From Bacteriovoracia bacterium (lineage in GTDB: Bacteria; Bdellovibrionota; UBA1018; JBFWNL01), in contig JBFWNL010000005.1 in assembly GCA_050251055.1 (NCBI GenBank), forward strand, positions 96,001 to 160,000: a stretch of 64,000 nucleotides of DNA, given 5' to 3'. Every line of letters begins with the position of its first letter. The stretch's first letter is position 1. The notes below the pieces were generated by a model that worked only from the letters and a program-made list of their open reading frames with translations, had not been told where the DNA came from and did not search any database. Positions 34,649-44,353 of this stretch are shown piece after piece. Made by a program: the position numbers and the translations under genes.

Positions 34649-35917
34649 TTAACCTCCGGAGGGGAGGAGAATCACGAAGCGGGTGTTTGGGGATGAGGCA
34701 TCCAGCGACATATTACCGCCGAAGCGGAGCAGCAGGTTGCGGGAGATGCTGAGGCCGAGACCCGTGCCCTTACCCGCTTCTTTCGTGGTGAAGAAAGAGT
34801 CGAATATTTTCGCCTGGAAGTCGGCCGGGATGCCAGGGCCGGAGTCCGTCACGGAAATCTCGATTTGCCCGGCCACGGGTTTGGCTTCGATCTTTACCCA
34901 AGGCGCGGTCGTACCTTGGACGGCGTCGAAGCTGTTGTTAAGGAGGTTGAGGAGAATTTGGCTTAACTCGGTCATGCGCCCCTTCACGCGTAGGGGGCGG
35001 GTCGGGTCCTCGCGAAGCTGGATTTGGAGGCCGATGCCGTGGCGGCGGAAGCGGTCCCGGGAAAAGGAAAGGGTGTTATCCACCCAGTCACGCACGTGGA
35101 TCGTGCTCAACGGATCCTGTGACCCTTCTCGCGAAAAACCGCGAATACCGGCGATAATTTCCGCCGCGCGATCAGTCGCGGCGATTACCTTCTTGAACGT
35201 GTTCCTCACTTTTTCGTTAGCGAGTTCGGTTTCCGGGGGCAACGACTGAAGGATGTCCAGACTGGCCCGGACGATCGTTAGCGGATTATTGATTTCGTGA
35301 CCTATTCCGCTCGCCATCGTTCCCAGGGCCACGAGCTTCGAGCTGCGCGCCATCTCGTCCTGGTGTTTCTGCTGTTGCGTCAAAATCGCGTTCAAAAAGC
35401 GGAACTGTTCCCGAATCACGATCAAGTACCAGATGAGCAGGGGTGTGATGGCGCCCAGGAACATCAACTCCGGAAATCCTTCGGGCTTGGGCGAGAGCAG
35501 GGTCGTTATTACGAGTCCGGCCATCAAGTACACCGCGGCGGCGCTGGCGGCCTTCAAGGAGGTCCCGCCGATGGCGACGAGCACCCCGAACACCATGATG
35601 TAGCAGGCGTGTGAGTAGGCGGGCGCCATTTCATTTCGATAGGCCGAGTAAAAAAAACTCGTGGCCAGGAACAGGATGTTGACCGTGAAAATCCAGGTCA
35701 TTCGTTTCCGAAGGGCTTCCACGTGATAGCTGAGGGCGGTCGTCACGAGAAAAAGTACGGGGATGAAAAGATAATGTAGCAAACCGTCGGTGCCGATCGG
35801 CTGGCCGATCGAGACGAATCCACAAAACATAGGATATAGAAAGGCCGCCGCGATAGACATGACGCGTAGACGGCTAAGCTGGGCGGCCTGCAGGCCTGAA
35901 TCAATCTTGGTAATCAC
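34649..35917 (-). CDS. Membrane sensor histidine kinase (orphan)
   Basis: 5-6 TM segments; HEINNPL, NLLNNS, DSGPGI, FFTTK, GTGLGL. Confidence 0.9.
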   Translation of the reverse strand: MITKIDSGLQAAQLSRLRVMSIAAAFLYPMFCGFVSIGQPIGTDGLLHYLFIPVLFLVTTALSYHVEALRKRMTWIFTVNILFLATSFFYSAYRNEMAPAYSHACYIMVFGVLVAIGGTSLKAASAAAVYLMAGLVITTLLSPKPEGFPELMFLGAITPLLIWYLIVIREQFRFLNAILTQQQKHQDEMARSSKLVALGTMASGIGHEINNPLTIVRASLDILQSLPPETELANEKVRNTFKKVIAATDRAAEIIAGIRGFSREGSQDPLSTIHVRDWVDNTLSFSRDRFRRHGIGLQIQLREDPTRPLRVKGRMTELSQILLNLLNNSFDAVQGTTAPWVKIEAKPVAGQIEISVTDSGPGIPADFQAKIFDSFFTTKEAGKGTGLGLSISRNLLLRFGGNMSLDASSPNTRFVILLPSGG

Positions 35918-35952
35918 CCGGGGTTAGCGGAGATTGTACCCAAAAAACAGGC

Positions 35953-36465
35953 TTATGGGCGAAGGGTTTTTTGCACCCGCTGCATTTCGTAACGGGTGGC
36001 CTTGGCCGGACAGCCGATTTCCCAGTTGCCCGTCACGGAGTCGATCAGGACGGTGCCTTCCAGGCAGTGGAACATGGGGATGCCTTCGACGGGGGTCTTC
36101 TGCTTGCTGTCGGCCGCGGCATAAAGCACTTCCGCGCGGAACCAGACTAGGCCACCTTCTTCTCGTTTAGAGTTCGCATCGGGGGAGACCCAGAAGATAT
36201 CCAGGTGGTTTTTCTCGGAGGCGTCCGGGACCGTGACAAAAATACCGGCCTGGGCCTTGAGCAGGGCGTTTACCTGGAGATCGGCGGCCTTGGCGGTGAG
36301 GATCCGGCCATCCGCGAAAGTAAGGGTGCCCGAGCCGCTCTGCAGGGTGAGTTGAGTGCCCGATGCGGCGTCACGGAAACTCCCCTGATAGGCGGAAGGG
36401 ATCTTGCCGCAAGCCGAAGCCAGGGCCATTAGCGCCAAAACTGAAAGTCGAGTGATGATTCTCAT
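35953..36465 (-). CDS. Hypothetical lipoprotein
   Basis: LASAC lipobox; beta-rich; directly downstream of 36492-38729. Confidence 0.72.
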   Translation of the reverse strand: MRIITRLSVLALMALASACGKIPSAYQGSFRDAASGTQLTLQSGSGTLTFADGRILTAKAADLQVNALLKAQAGIFVTVPDASEKNHLDIFWVSPDANSKREEGGLVWFRAEVLYAAADSKQKTPVEGIPMFHCLEGTVLIDSVTGNWEIGCPAKATRYEMQRVQKTLRP

Positions 36466-36491
36466 GATTCTATTCCCTCTTACTGGTTCCG

Positions 36492-38729
36492 TTAGAACTT
36501 CGCCTGGTGGACGACGACCGTTCGGCCGTCTTCTTGTACTTCGAGCACCAGGGTGCCACCGTCGTTATCCCGCTTTGACATCACCGGAATAACGAAGCTG
36601 AGTGATTTACCTCTACGAATTGGTTTCAGGTACTGGGGGTTCGGCCCAAGCACGACGAGATTGGCATCCGCATCGTCCAGAAACGACGCCTTTAGCTGCA
36701 GTCCGCGGCTCGAAACGCGCGAGCTGATGTTGGTAATCACGTACTCCGCGCGAGTGGTGCCGGCCTTACGTAAGCCCCCAATGGAGTTCTTTAGGCCGAT
36801 ACGGTAGTCGTTCTTGAGTGGGATCTCTTTCATCTCGTCGAGCAGCCCCACCCGGCGCCCCCCGCGGTCGGCCGGACCGAGATTGGCGCTGAAAAACACC
36901 GGGATCTTGATCGAGCTGCCAGGCTTACGCGCGATGGCTCTGAATTCCACCACCCGGCTCTCCCCGGGTTGCAGTACGCCCACCGCCGCGCTGCCTACGG
37001 TGATCTGCAGGTCTTCCGGTTTGGATTCGAAGGTAACGAGCAGGTTCGCTTCCGTCGCCGCCTGCGATTGGTTGGTCACCTTCATTTTTACCGGGCTTTC
37101 AATGCCTTCTTGCAGTTCCGGCGGTTCCGCGTAGGTCACGACGGTCATGAATTTTGCCGTTACGACCAGCTGTGAGTTGCCGATCTGTCGGCCTTGATAA
37201 AAGGCTTTGAGCACGAAAGCCTTCGCTTGGTTGACGGCAGATTCGTTCATGCGAAACTCGAGCGCTTCCGTGACGTCCGTCACGCTCTTGCGACGCAGAT
37301 CACGCTTGAGGGTGGCGCTAGCCTCGGAAATCACCGCGGAGTTCGCGTCGAGCGCCTCGAGCTGGAACTGGATGTCGCGGCCCGCGAGCGCGGAAGCGTC
37401 GAAGTTGCGCAACTGCACCGTCAATCGCAAGGGCTCCCCGGGTTCGTAAAGGCCATTGACGATGGTTTCCGTCACCTGGGCGGATTGCACGCGCACCGGA
37501 CGCAGGCGGAAGTCTTCCGCCTCGTCGGCTTGGCCTAGTTTGTACTGCTGGGCCGCGTAAGTGGGATAGACTTCGTCGTACTTTCTGCGCTTGGCCGCAT
37601 TATAGGCCGCCGTGTAAAGCTCGTTCACGCGTTGAGCGTAAGCACGTTGCCTGGCGTCCTCGTAATGACGAGCGTAGGCTGCGTCGTAGGTGCGCCGGTA
37701 GGCGGCTTCCGAAGCGTCGCGGAAAGCGTCGCGGTAGGCGTCCGCGTACGCGCGATCGTAGGCGCGTCGATACTCCTGGGCGTAACCATCGCGGTAGCCG
37801 TCATTATATCCTCGTACGCGGTCTTGGCGGTAATCTTGCGCGCGAGCTTTTGCGCAGCCGTCGTTGTAGCCCGCGTTGTACGCGGCGTTGTAGGCGTTGT
37901 TGTAGGTTCCGTTGTAGGCGCTTTGGAACCCAGAAGGGTACCCGCTTCCATAGCCCGCCAGATAAGCGCGGTTTTCCTCGTCGGATGGATAGGTGCGCCG
38001 GGGTTTATAATACCGATTATCTGGAGACGCGAAAAAATTCATGGATTCTGCCGCGGTAAGCCCGTGCGTCTCTCCGGCTTCTTCTCCCAGGAGGTCCGGC
38101 GCGAACCCACCGAATGCACGCTGAGAAAACGTGTCTCGATTCTCCACCGCTTCCGCCATGCGCGCGTCCCGGTAGTCCTTGCGTCCCCGTGGGTAGTCGA
38201 CTCGCCGAGCGGTTTCTTGGGCTTCTTGATCACCCGCGATTATCCCGTCGCGATCGCCGCGTTGAGGGGCGTCCGAGCGGTTCGCCTCATCAATTCCACG
38301 TTGAGTGCCGAGCGGAACGGCCACGGAGGCAGCATCCCGATCGGCGCGCGCGATCCCGTCGGCGTCACCGTCGCGGTCTCCCCGATTGCGTCCGTCGATT
38401 TCACCGGCGCGATCGCCATCGTACCTTCCAATGCGTTCCCCTTCGAGAAGACCCGTACGATATCCTTCCCGGTAGTAGCGTTCTTTCTCTTCGCGTTCAC
38501 ATTTGTTAAAGCCATCTTGAAAACCTTTGCCAAGACCCGCCTGACGTCCTTCAGCGGGGCCGCGTTCATTGCCTTCGCGGGCTCCGTCCGCCGAGCCATC
38601 GCTGACGCCTTGGGAGCGTGCGCCGGCGGGATCCGCTTGCGCGCTGGGAATAGCACCGGCAGGTAGGATCAAGCTCAGTACTAGTAGGATGTAGAACCAG
38701 GAACGCGCCGGGCGTAGATAGGTGATCAC
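36492..38729 (-). CDS. Secreted protein with GxxxG/AYxx tetrad repeats and C-terminal Ig-like beta domains
   Basis: Signal peptide; GxxxG runs and AYxxAYxxAY runs; about three beta-rich C-terminal modules; AAGGAGG RBS. Confidence 0.78.
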   Translation of the reverse strand: MITYLRPARSWFYILLVLSLILPAGAIPSAQADPAGARSQGVSDGSADGAREGNERGPAEGRQAGLGKGFQDGFNKCEREEKERYYREGYRTGLLEGERIGRYDGDRAGEIDGRNRGDRDGDADGIARADRDAASVAVPLGTQRGIDEANRSDAPQRGDRDGIIAGDQEAQETARRVDYPRGRKDYRDARMAEAVENRDTFSQRAFGGFAPDLLGEEAGETHGLTAAESMNFFASPDNRYYKPRRTYPSDEENRAYLAGYGSGYPSGFQSAYNGTYNNAYNAAYNAGYNDGCAKARAQDYRQDRVRGYNDGYRDGYAQEYRRAYDRAYADAYRDAFRDASEAAYRRTYDAAYARHYEDARQRAYAQRVNELYTAAYNAAKRRKYDEVYPTYAAQQYKLGQADEAEDFRLRPVRVQSAQVTETIVNGLYEPGEPLRLTVQLRNFDASALAGRDIQFQLEALDANSAVISEASATLKRDLRRKSVTDVTEALEFRMNESAVNQAKAFVLKAFYQGRQIGNSQLVVTAKFMTVVTYAEPPELQEGIESPVKMKVTNQSQAATEANLLVTFESKPEDLQITVGSAAVGVLQPGESRVVEFRAIARKPGSSIKIPVFFSANLGPADRGGRRVGLLDEMKEIPLKNDYRIGLKNSIGGLRKAGTTRAEYVITNISSRVSSRGLQLKASFLDDADANLVVLGPNPQYLKPIRRGKSLSFVIPVMSKRDNDGGTLVLEVQEDGRTVVVHQAKF

Positions 38730-38768
38730 GATATTTCCCTCCTTAGAATGCGATTAAGATACTCGTTA

Positions 38769-38784
38769 AGCAAAAAAAGTGCCG
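38769..38784 (-). promoter_or_regulatory. Putative sigma54 promoter of the tetrad-repeat gene
   Basis: Minus strand CGGCACTTTTTTTGCT (GGCAC-N5-TTGC), about 40 nt before the start. Confidence 0.7.
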
Positions 38785-38923
38785 GGAAAAAGGGCGCGCG
38801 CTCTGTGTCATCTTGCAAAATAACGCGGTGTCTGGCTATCATCCAGAGTCAGTTTGGCGCTATGCGAGCGGTGAGGTGGTAGCAATTCGTCGCGCGCACG
38901 GGATCGTGATCGAGGAGAAAATC

Positions 38924-40138
38924 ATGTCGGCGAAGTTGATGGCTCATCTGAAAAACGAAACGCAAAAGCTCCGAGAGACGGGATTGTACAAACCGGAACG
39001 GGTGATGAGCTCCCCACAAGGCTCGGTGGTTTCGGTGACGTCGGGCGCTACGGCTGGTACTAAACTCATTAACCTTTGCGCCAATAACTATCTCGGCCTA
39101 TCCAATCACCCCGCTTTGGTTCGGGCGGCCGTCGAGGCGCTTCCGAAATACGGTTTCGGGCTTTCCTCGGTGCGCTTTATCTGCGGCACGCAGGACATTC
39201 ATAAGGAACTCGAGCGTGAGCTCAGCCGGTTTTTAGGCACTGACGACACGATCCTCTATTCTTCCTGCTTCGACGCTAACGGCGGGGTGTTCGAAACGCT
39301 CTTCGGTGAAGAGGACGCGATTATCAGCGACGCGCTCAATCACGCCAGTATCATCGATGGCATCCGTCTTTCGAAAGCCAAGCGCTTCCGCTACGCCAAC
39401 AACGACATGGCCGATCTCGAGAAGAACCTGAAGGACGCGGCGGGCACTCGTTTTCGCGTGATCGTAACCGACGGGGTGTTTTCGATGGATGGCACGCTCG
39501 CCAATCTCACGGAGATCTGCCGCCTTGCCGATCGATACGACTGCCTGGTCATGGTCGACGATTCGCACGCCGTCGGCTTCATGGGGAAAGACGGTCGGGG
39601 CGTACCGGAGCACTACGGGTTGATGAAGCGCGTGGACATCCTTACGGGCACCCTGGGTAAGGCGCTCGGTGGTGCTTCGGGAGGGTACGTAGCCGCTCGG
39701 AAGGACATCGTTGAGTGGCTGCGCCAGCGCTCGCGTCCTTATCTCTTTTCGAATTCGGTGGCGCCGGTCATTGTGGCCACGTCGCTGGAGGTTTTGAAGC
39801 TGCTCAATACTTCGGGCGAGCTTCGCACCCGCCTCCATGCCAACGCCAAGCACTTTCGGACCCAGATGACCAAGCTGGGCTTTCGCCTGATCCCGGGCGA
39901 GCATCCCATTATCCCGGTGATGATGCCCGAGGGACCGAATAACGCGAAACTTGCTGGCCAGATGGCCGAAAAACTCATGGCCGAAGGGGTTTACGTGATC
40001 GGCTTTTCGTTCCCGGTGGTGCCCATGGGCCAGGCGCGTATTCGCACCCAGATTTCGGCTGCGCATACGATTCCGGAATTGGATCAAGCGGTTGCTGCCT
40101 TCGCAAAAGTTGGGCGTGAACTAGGCGTCCTAAGCTGA
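38924..40138 (+). CDS. kbl: 2-amino-3-ketobutyrate CoA ligase (glycine C-acetyltransferase)
   Basis: [52 protein letters not shown]; GAGGAG RBS; adjacent to tdh. Confidence 0.96.
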   Translation: MSAKLMAHLKNETQKLRETGLYKPERVMSSPQGSVVSVTSGATAGTKLINLCANNYLGLSNHPALVRAAVEALPKYGFGLSSVRFICGTQDIHKELERELSRFLGTDDTILYSSCFDANGGVFETLFGEEDAIISDALNHASIIDGIRLSKAKRFRYANNDMADLEKNLKDAAGTRFRVIVTDGVFSMDGTLANLTEICRLADRYDCLVMVDDSHAVGFMGKDGRGVPEHYGLMKRVDILTGTLGKALGGASGGYVAARKDIVEWLRQRSRPYLFSNSVAPVIVATSLEVLKLLNTSGELRTRLHANAKHFRTQMTKLGFRLIPGEHPIIPVMMPEGPNNAKLAGQMAEKLMAEGVYVIGFSFPVVPMGQARIRTQISAAHTIPELDQAVAAFAKVGRELGVLS

Positions 40139-40154
40139 TATAAACGGCTCCACT

Positions 40155-41180
40155 ATGAAAGCTCTGCAGAAGAAAGAAGCCAAAGAGGGCCTATGGTTGG
40201 TCGACGCCCCCGTGCCCAAAATTGGTCCCAATGACCTCCTGATTCGCATCAAGAAAACCGCGATTTGCGGCACCGACGTGCATATCTATAATTGGGACGC
40301 CTGGTCGCAGAAGACCATTCCCGTGCCGATGATCACCGGCCACGAATTCGTAGGCGTGGTGGAGGAAGTGGGCTCCGCCGTCCACGGATTTCAGAAGGGC
40401 GATCGCGTTTCCGGAGAAGGACATCTTACCTGCGGGAATTGTCGAAATTGCCGAGCCGGCAAGCGGCACCTTTGCCGAAACACGGTGGGGGTCGGCGTGA
40501 ATCGCGACGGCTGTTTCGCCGAGTTCCTGGCGCTTCCCGCCGGGAACGCCTTCAAAATTCCGGATTCCATCCCGGACGAGATTGCGGCTTTTTTTGATCC
40601 CTATGGCAACGCCGCGCACACGGCGCTTTCGTTCGATCTCGTGGGCGAAGACGTATTGATCACCGGTGCCGGTCCGATTGGGATTATGGCCGTGGCCATC
40701 GCCAAGCGCGCTGGCGCGCGCCATGTCGTCATTACCGACGTGAATGACTATCGGCTGGAGCTTGCCAAGAAAATGGGCCCCACGCGCGTGGTGAACCCAA
40801 AGCACGAAGATCTCAAGAAAGTCATGCAGGGCTTGGGCATGACGGAAGGCTTCGATGTTGGCATGGAAATGTCCGGTAGCGCGCCGGCGTTCCAAAGCAT
40901 GCTCGAGAACATGAATCACGGCGGGAAGATCGCGATGCTCGGAATTTTCTCCGATCCGGTCGCCATCGACTGGAGCAAGGTGATCTTCAAGGGCCTGGTG
41001 CTGAAGGGCGTCTATGGCCGCGAGATGTACGAGACCTGGTACAAGATGACGAGCATGCTGCAAAGCGGGCTCGATCTCACGCCCGTGATCACCCACCGTT
41101 TTCCGGCGGCCGAATTTCAAAAGGGATTCGATGCGATGCGCTCGGGGAGGTCGGGCAAGGTGATTCTCGACTGGACCTAG
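40155..41180 (+). CDS. tdh: L-threonine 3-dehydrogenase
   Basis: [43 protein letters not shown]. Confidence 0.97.
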   Translation: MKALQKKEAKEGLWLVDAPVPKIGPNDLLIRIKKTAICGTDVHIYNWDAWSQKTIPVPMITGHEFVGVVEEVGSAVHGFQKGDRVSGEGHLTCGNCRNCRAGKRHLCRNTVGVGVNRDGCFAEFLALPAGNAFKIPDSIPDEIAAFFDPYGNAAHTALSFDLVGEDVLITGAGPIGIMAVAIAKRAGARHVVITDVNDYRLELAKKMGPTRVVNPKHEDLKKVMQGLGMTEGFDVGMEMSGSAPAFQSMLENMNHGGKIAMLGIFSDPVAIDWSKVIFKGLVLKGVYGREMYETWYKMTSMLQSGLDLTPVITHRFPAAEFQKGFDAMRSGRSGKVILDWT

Positions 41181-41250
41181 GCTAAAGTTCGCTGGGCCGC
41201 CATGGCAAGTCTGTTTGCCACGGCGGCGATCCAATCAAAGAGGGTAGAAC

Positions 41251-41691
41251 TTAGGTGCGAGCGTGGGCTTTTTGCCAAGCCTGCATGGGCTTGAAAGTCC
41301 AGGTCATGATGAACGAAGCGCAAAGGACCTGCACGACGGAAACGAAAAACCAGCGCATGACGAGTTCCGTCGGGACCGGCGTGGTGACCCACATACCGAG
41401 CTGACCGGGAAGGTGCGCGACTATGAGGATTCCCAGGCCGTAGCGGAAGGCTTGATGCCACGGGTTGTCCTTGCTAATTCCCTTGGAGTAGATCCAAACG
41501 AACGCCCATGAGAAGATGAAGTCGCCCAGCCACATGAAGGCCATCATCTTCTGCATTTCTTCCATCGGTCGCCAGAGCTGCGCGGTGGCCTGATACATCG
41601 GCGACAACCAGATGCCGTGGAACAGGAAGTTGGTCACCATCATGACTACCCATACTGCGAAAACGGAAAACCAGAATCGTTTTTGACTCAT
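41251..41691 (-). CDS. Small 4-TM membrane protein
   Basis: Four hydrophobic segments; AAGGGG RBS. Confidence 0.7.
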   Translation of the reverse strand: MSQKRFWFSVFAVWVVMMVTNFLFHGIWLSPMYQATAQLWRPMEEMQKMMAFMWLGDFIFSWAFVWIYSKGISKDNPWHQAFRYGLGILIVAHLPGQLGMWVTTPVPTELVMRWFFVSVVQVLCASFIMTWTFKPMQAWQKAHART

Positions 41692-41764
41692 GGACTTTTC
41701 CCCCTTTCCCCAATTCTAGGGGCCAATCTTCCTTAAAAACAAGGTCAAAGGTATACTCTCGGCC

Positions 41765-42322
41765 ATGGATCCCCGTATCGTGGCCAAGGAGTTTTACTTC
41801 TTTCGGCATGCCGCCACCGACCTGCATGCGAAGGGCCTGGCTTGTGGCGGCGGGAGCGATGTGCCGCTCAGCGAGGCTGGATTGCAAGAGGCCAGGGCGG
41901 CCGCGAAAATTTTTCGGAAGAACCCCCAGAAGATCAAAACTATTTTTAGCAGCTCGTTGCTGCGCGCGATTCAAACCGCGGACATCGTGCACGATGTGGT
42001 CGACGTGAAGCTGCGGGTGTTCCCGCATTTCGCCGAGCGGCACCTGGGGGATTGGGAGGGAAAGCCCGTGGCGGAGATCGAGGGGTTTTCCGCTTTCGCG
42101 CCGACGATTCCCCGGGGCGAGGCGTACGCAGCGTTTGAAAAGCGCGTAGGCGAGGGTTTGGTGATTGCTCTGGGTACGGCGCAGGTGAGCCTGATTGTGA
42201 GTCATGGGTTCGTGGCGGCCGTGATTCAGAGAATTCTCGGGGCCCCGGAAGTTTCGGCCGAACGATGTCGCCTGTTACATTTTACGCGAGGCGACGCCGG
42301 CTGGAGCGTGCGCCTCGCGTGA
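41765..42322 (+). CDS. Histidine phosphatase (phosphoglycerate mutase family)
   Basis: FRHAAT (RHG variant), SSLLRAIQTA, ERHLGDWEG, VSHG. Confidence 0.88.
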   Translation: MDPRIVAKEFYFFRHAATDLHAKGLACGGGSDVPLSEAGLQEARAAAKIFRKNPQKIKTIFSSSLLRAIQTADIVHDVVDVKLRVFPHFAERHLGDWEGKPVAEIEGFSAFAPTIPRGEAYAAFEKRVGEGLVIALGTAQVSLIVSHGFVAAVIQRILGAPEVSAERCRLLHFTRGDAGWSVRLA

Positions 42323-42328
42323 GCTGAA

Positions 42329-43615
42329 TTAACGCTGATTTTCCGATGGGGTTGTTTCTTTTACTTTTTCGATCTCCTTCAGCAGCTGTTGTGCTTGATC
42401 GACAAGTGGTTTCACTTCACGTAGTAACTCGTTTACTCCGGCATACCAGTCTTCGACTACTTGGTCTTTTAGGCGAGCCAGCTTGCATATGTATTGATCC
42501 GGCCCGCCTCGACGGGGCGATTCTTGCACTACGCACGGACGTCCCGCCAAAGTCGCAAACCGATGCTTTGCGAGGTTGGCGAAGTTTGCCGGAAATCCGA
42601 AGGTAACACTTCCCTTGGTCGCTTGTTTAAAAGATTCCGATTCGAACTCATGGGCTAAGGGGCGATAGTTCTTGGGCAGTGAAAAGTGGAGATAGTGCAG
42701 GTTCATCTGACCTTGCAGCTTGAGGAAATTAGTCGCCGTGATGTGGTATTCCCAGCCCTGGGGTTCTGACCCGCTGACGTAGTGGTAGCCGTCGGTGGAC
42801 CAACTCCCGTCCGTAGCTCCGATTTCGATGCCGTGATCTCCGCGGCTCAGGTCGCGCTGGTGAGTCATCCAAACGGGGACAAGCTCCTTCACGGCGGGGT
42901 GGAGGCGAAGGAATTGAGCTTCGCCTTCGGGGCTTAACGCAAACTGATGAAAAAGGGCAAAGATCGTTTTCTTTACTTCATGCGGTTCCCAAAGATCCTT
43001 CACGGAGAAGAGCTTATTCGTTCCGGCACCCAACTTTCTACGTAGCGAGATCCAGTTCGGAACCTTGCCTTCGCGGACAAATACCGCGTGGATTTCAAAG
43101 AGAGAGTCGGCGTTTTCTGGGTTTTGTTTCAGGTACTGGGCGATTCCTTGCGCAAAAGCCTTTAGCTTCGTCGGCTCAATCAAACCGGATTTTATCAGTT
43201 TAGGGGCGAATGCTTCCCCAGCGGGGAGAACTTCGAAGTGCTCCCAGCCTGTGACACTCACTAAATGCGAAATGATATTCGCGAATACGCATTGAACCAA
43301 CGGCGTGTAGGGATTCTCTTTTGGAAGCGCGTCCATTTTCTGTATGGCCTCGAATTCGAGATGGGTCTGGTAGAGGAGAAGGTCGGATTGATTGCTGCCC
43401 ACAGGCGCGGTTCCGCGGCAATAGGTGTCGACTAGCGCTTGGCCTTGGTCGGTTAGATTCAGGTTGCCCGCGTAGAAATTCGAGTCATAGGCTCCCATGA
43501 CGGCGGCGTAGGGTCGGGCGGTGATTTCATCCGCCGATGCATGCGGAAAGACGGTCGTCGCAATGGGCGAAGCGACGATCAAAAAAGCATAAACAACAAA
43601 AAGCAAAGGCTTCAT
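42329..43615 (-). CDS. Secreted hypothetical protein
   Basis: 428-aa ORF with signal peptide and AGGAG RBS; no recognised motif. Confidence 0.7.
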   Translation of the reverse strand: MKPLLFVVYAFLIVASPIATTVFPHASADEITARPYAAVMGAYDSNFYAGNLNLTDQGQALVDTYCRGTAPVGSNQSDLLLYQTHLEFEAIQKMDALPKENPYTPLVQCVFANIISHLVSVTGWEHFEVLPAGEAFAPKLIKSGLIEPTKLKAFAQGIAQYLKQNPENADSLFEIHAVFVREGKVPNWISLRRKLGAGTNKLFSVKDLWEPHEVKKTIFALFHQFALSPEGEAQFLRLHPAVKELVPVWMTHQRDLSRGDHGIEIGATDGSWSTDGYHYVSGSEPQGWEYHITATNFLKLQGQMNLHYLHFSLPKNYRPLAHEFESESFKQATKGSVTFGFPANFANLAKHRFATLAGRPCVVQESPRRGGPDQYICKLARLKDQVVEDWYAGVNELLREVKPLVDQAQQLLKEIEKVKETTPSENQR

Positions 43616-43852
43616 ATAGTGCTCCTGTGAGGGTGTTTGAGGTTCCTGACGAGGAATCTAAAGGAAAGGGGAGGGGGCAGGGAGTTACTTTCAGTTACAT
43701 TTAAAAAAGGGAAGAAAACCGCTGACTTCTTTTTAATCTGGGCCCGGTTTTCCGTTCGTCAAGGAATGCGGCGAAAAATATTTTCGGGTCGGGGACGGTT
43801 GACGATCTGAAAACGAGATCCACCTTAGTTTTGTAACAAGGAGGAATAAGAT

Positions 43853-44272
43853 ATGTTCGGAGCATTGGCATTGAGAAAAAATCATTGGTTGGATAATCCT
43901 TTCGACGCGCTTTTTAGCGACGAGGTCTTTAACGACGTGGCCGTCTTGCGGCCCGCGGTGGACCTGACGGAAGAAAAGGACCGTTATCTATTGCGCGCCG
44001 ATCTGCCGGGCGTGGCTGAGAAAGATCTTAAGGTGGAGTTTTCCGACGGTCAGCTCGTTATCGAAGGTAAACGGGAAGCCGCCACCAAGCGCGAGGGCGC
44101 CTCCCTGATCTCGGAGCGAGCCTACTCCCGGTTCCGCCGGGCCTTCGAGCTAGGCGAAGGCGTAAACGCGGAAAAAATCGAAGCCACCTATCAGGACGGC
44201 ACGCTGACATTGTCGATCCCGAAGAGTGAGCGAGCTTTGCCCAAAGTGATCCCGATTACCGTGAAAAAGTAA
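43853..44272 (+). CDS. Small heat-shock protein Hsp20 (alpha-crystallin domain)
   Basis: PAVDL, ADLPGV, FRRAFEL, ATYQDGTLTLSIPK, IPI tail; AAGGAGG RBS. Confidence 0.95.
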   Translation: MFGALALRKNHWLDNPFDALFSDEVFNDVAVLRPAVDLTEEKDRYLLRADLPGVAEKDLKVEFSDGQLVIEGKREAATKREGASLISERAYSRFRRAFELGEGVNAEKIEATYQDGTLTLSIPKSERALPKVIPITVKK

Positions 44273-44280
44273 CGGGGATC

Positions 44281-44350
44281 CACGGCCGGTCGGGGCGGAT
44301 GTCCATTCCCTCTGGTAGAGCATCTATCCGCTCCGGCCGCTCCGGTCGTG
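44281..44350. terminator. Inverted repeat between convergent hsp20 and the puuD-like gene
   Basis: CGGTCGGGGCGGAT (44287-300) pairs with ATCCGCTCCGGCCG (44326-339) using G:U; no clear U-tract. Confidence 0.45.
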
Positions 44351-44353
44351 CCC

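Noticed and set aside
37632-38666. 344-aa plus-strand ORF, and similar antisense ORFs at 1373-2254, 15153-15977, 18599-19555 and 60433-61053
   Set aside because: They are antisense shadows of repetitive or GC-biased genes; the opposite strand carries the signal peptides and motifs.
39233-41234. Long antisense ORFs (284 aa and 347 aa) opposite kbl and tdh
   Set aside because: They are shadow ORFs of GC-rich conserved genes, with no motifs of their own.
43700-43852. Heat-shock operator (CIRCE/HAIR) upstream of hsp20
   Set aside because: There is no match to either consensus; only a weak GATCT-N7-AGATC repeat is present.
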